Translations under genes and position numbers: made by a program
Notes under the pieces: model-generated
Told to the model about the DNA's origin: nothing
Seen by the model: only the letters and a program-made list of their open reading frames with translations
Databases searched by the model: none
From: Catajapyx aquilonaris
Taxonomy: Eukaryota
Direction of reading: 5' to 3'
Assembly (NCBI GenBank): GCA_000934665.2
Contig: KZ538592.1
Coordinates: forward strand, 1 to 61,144
Length of the DNA: 61,144 bases
Shown here: piece by piece, positions 59,701 to 61,144 of the stretch
Layout: each line of letters starts with the position of its first letter
Numbering within the stretch: the stretch's first letter is position 1

Positions 59701-61144
59701 TTAATAATTTACACGGACCAGACGCAAGTACACTTTCCACACATGACACACACAAAAAAATTTATCAACAACCTTCGCTCTTAAAATGCGTTCCTTAGAT
59801 AAAATTAACAACAAAACGTGACACGATCCAAAAAAAAATGGCCTCTTGTGACCTGGGATGCTTGTTTAAAAAATTGGGGGCATTCTCAAAGGATGTTTGG
59901 TCCATGTGCAGATAAGTAGAAAAATAACAGCTCTTCAATTTTTTTTTGTGCTTTTTTTCCCTTGATTTTACAGTTAAGTAGAAGTTGCACTGTGATGGCG
60001 CCATAAAGGAGCAATGAGGTTGGTCAGCAGATCGGAAATTTGGGGAGTGGGTGGAAAGGATGGAAGGAGAAGGTAGGAAATGGAATTAGATATGAGATTC
60101 CCAGGCCTGCTAATGCAAACTACATTATAGATATGAGGTTCCCAGGGTTGGACCAACAAGTTTGCAGCGCGGTGGGGGGAGTAGGATTGTGTTAAATTTT
60201 TTTCTCTCTCTTCTGGATATGAGGTTCTCCCTAATTTTTTTTTTTTGCAAATCACGTATTGCACACATCGCATCACATGATTGTGACGACATGCATGTAT
60301 CAAATGCAACACGTGCCATGCTGGGGATAAGGAAAAAAAGGAAGGGACGAGGATAGAAATTGTGATAAAGGTACTCTTTTTTTTTTGCGGATTTTTATAC
60401 ATTTTTTTGTTCATTTTTCTGAGTTTATCTATCATATTCAGTCTTAAGGTGGAACAACAACACCCCACCTCATAAAATGAACTACCTATAATTGCAATCA
60501 TTATTATTAATTATCATTAGTATTAGTATTACTTTTTTTTTTGGCTCGCACAAAGACATAAAAAAGCAGCAAAAGGATGACAACACACCAGTCAGGGGCT
60601 TCTCTTATATTTTTTTTAATCTCCACCATTTGCAACAACAGGCTGCATAAATATTTAAGGGGGGGGAATTACTAAAAGGGGGGCAAAGGGTATGGTAACA
60701 ATGGGAATAAAAATTAAAAGTTTGGGAAAAATTGGCTGGGAGGTTTAAAAAAGGGGGTTCAAAATATCACGGCTGCTGACTTCACAAAACACAACAGCAG
60801 CAGGGATAACATTTTCCTTTTCTCTTTTCCCCTCCCCTGGTTACGTTTCCTTTTTTTTTTTTTTCTGTGCANATATATGCCATGGGCATTTTTGGGAAGA
60901 AGAAAAAAGAAGAGGGAGGGCAAAGGTTCGATTTGGGTTGGGGGGGAAGGATAGTTGGACAGTTCAGAAAAGTTGTAATTATCTTAGATCCTAAGTCCTT
61001 ACATTTGTAAGTGTATGTAATATGTATATATCTATATATAATAATTGTGGAATGGGGGGATACTTCGACAAATAAGATAAAAACATGTTTACTAAAAGCC
61101 TCAGCATGAAGCCGACAAAAATTATTTGGGACTCGGGGAGGGGG

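Overview
Animal genomic DNA, probably a non-insect invertebrate, with spliceosomal introns. The left half (about 1-31 kb) is the large locus of a 4-exon paired-like homeobox gene, Phox2 (12575-29433, +). Three identical intronless tRNA-Leu(CAA) genes lie in its second intron. The region also holds an inverted pair of tRNA-derived SINE-like elements, non-autonomous Helitron- and MITE-like repeats, a hairpin minisatellite, and a 41-bp-phased array of CTCF-like motifs upstream. The right half is gene-dense with very short introns. It contains a 13-exon PLAT+lipoxygenase gene (35226-38886) with Gly at the R/S stereo-determinant, followed by a tandem array of seven paralogous genes (39713-53107, +). 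These encode small secreted proteins with a fixed 10-cysteine framework and a hypervariable, partly His/acidic loop, and I cannot assign them to a named family. A 7-exon FAM187-like Ig/TSP/Ig/TM gene (49428-51519, -) interrupts the array. The last 7 kb have no credible coding sequence and look like a long minus-strand 3' UTR. All gene models were assembled by hand from GT/AG sites and reading-frame continuity. Family names come from motif recognition, not database searches.
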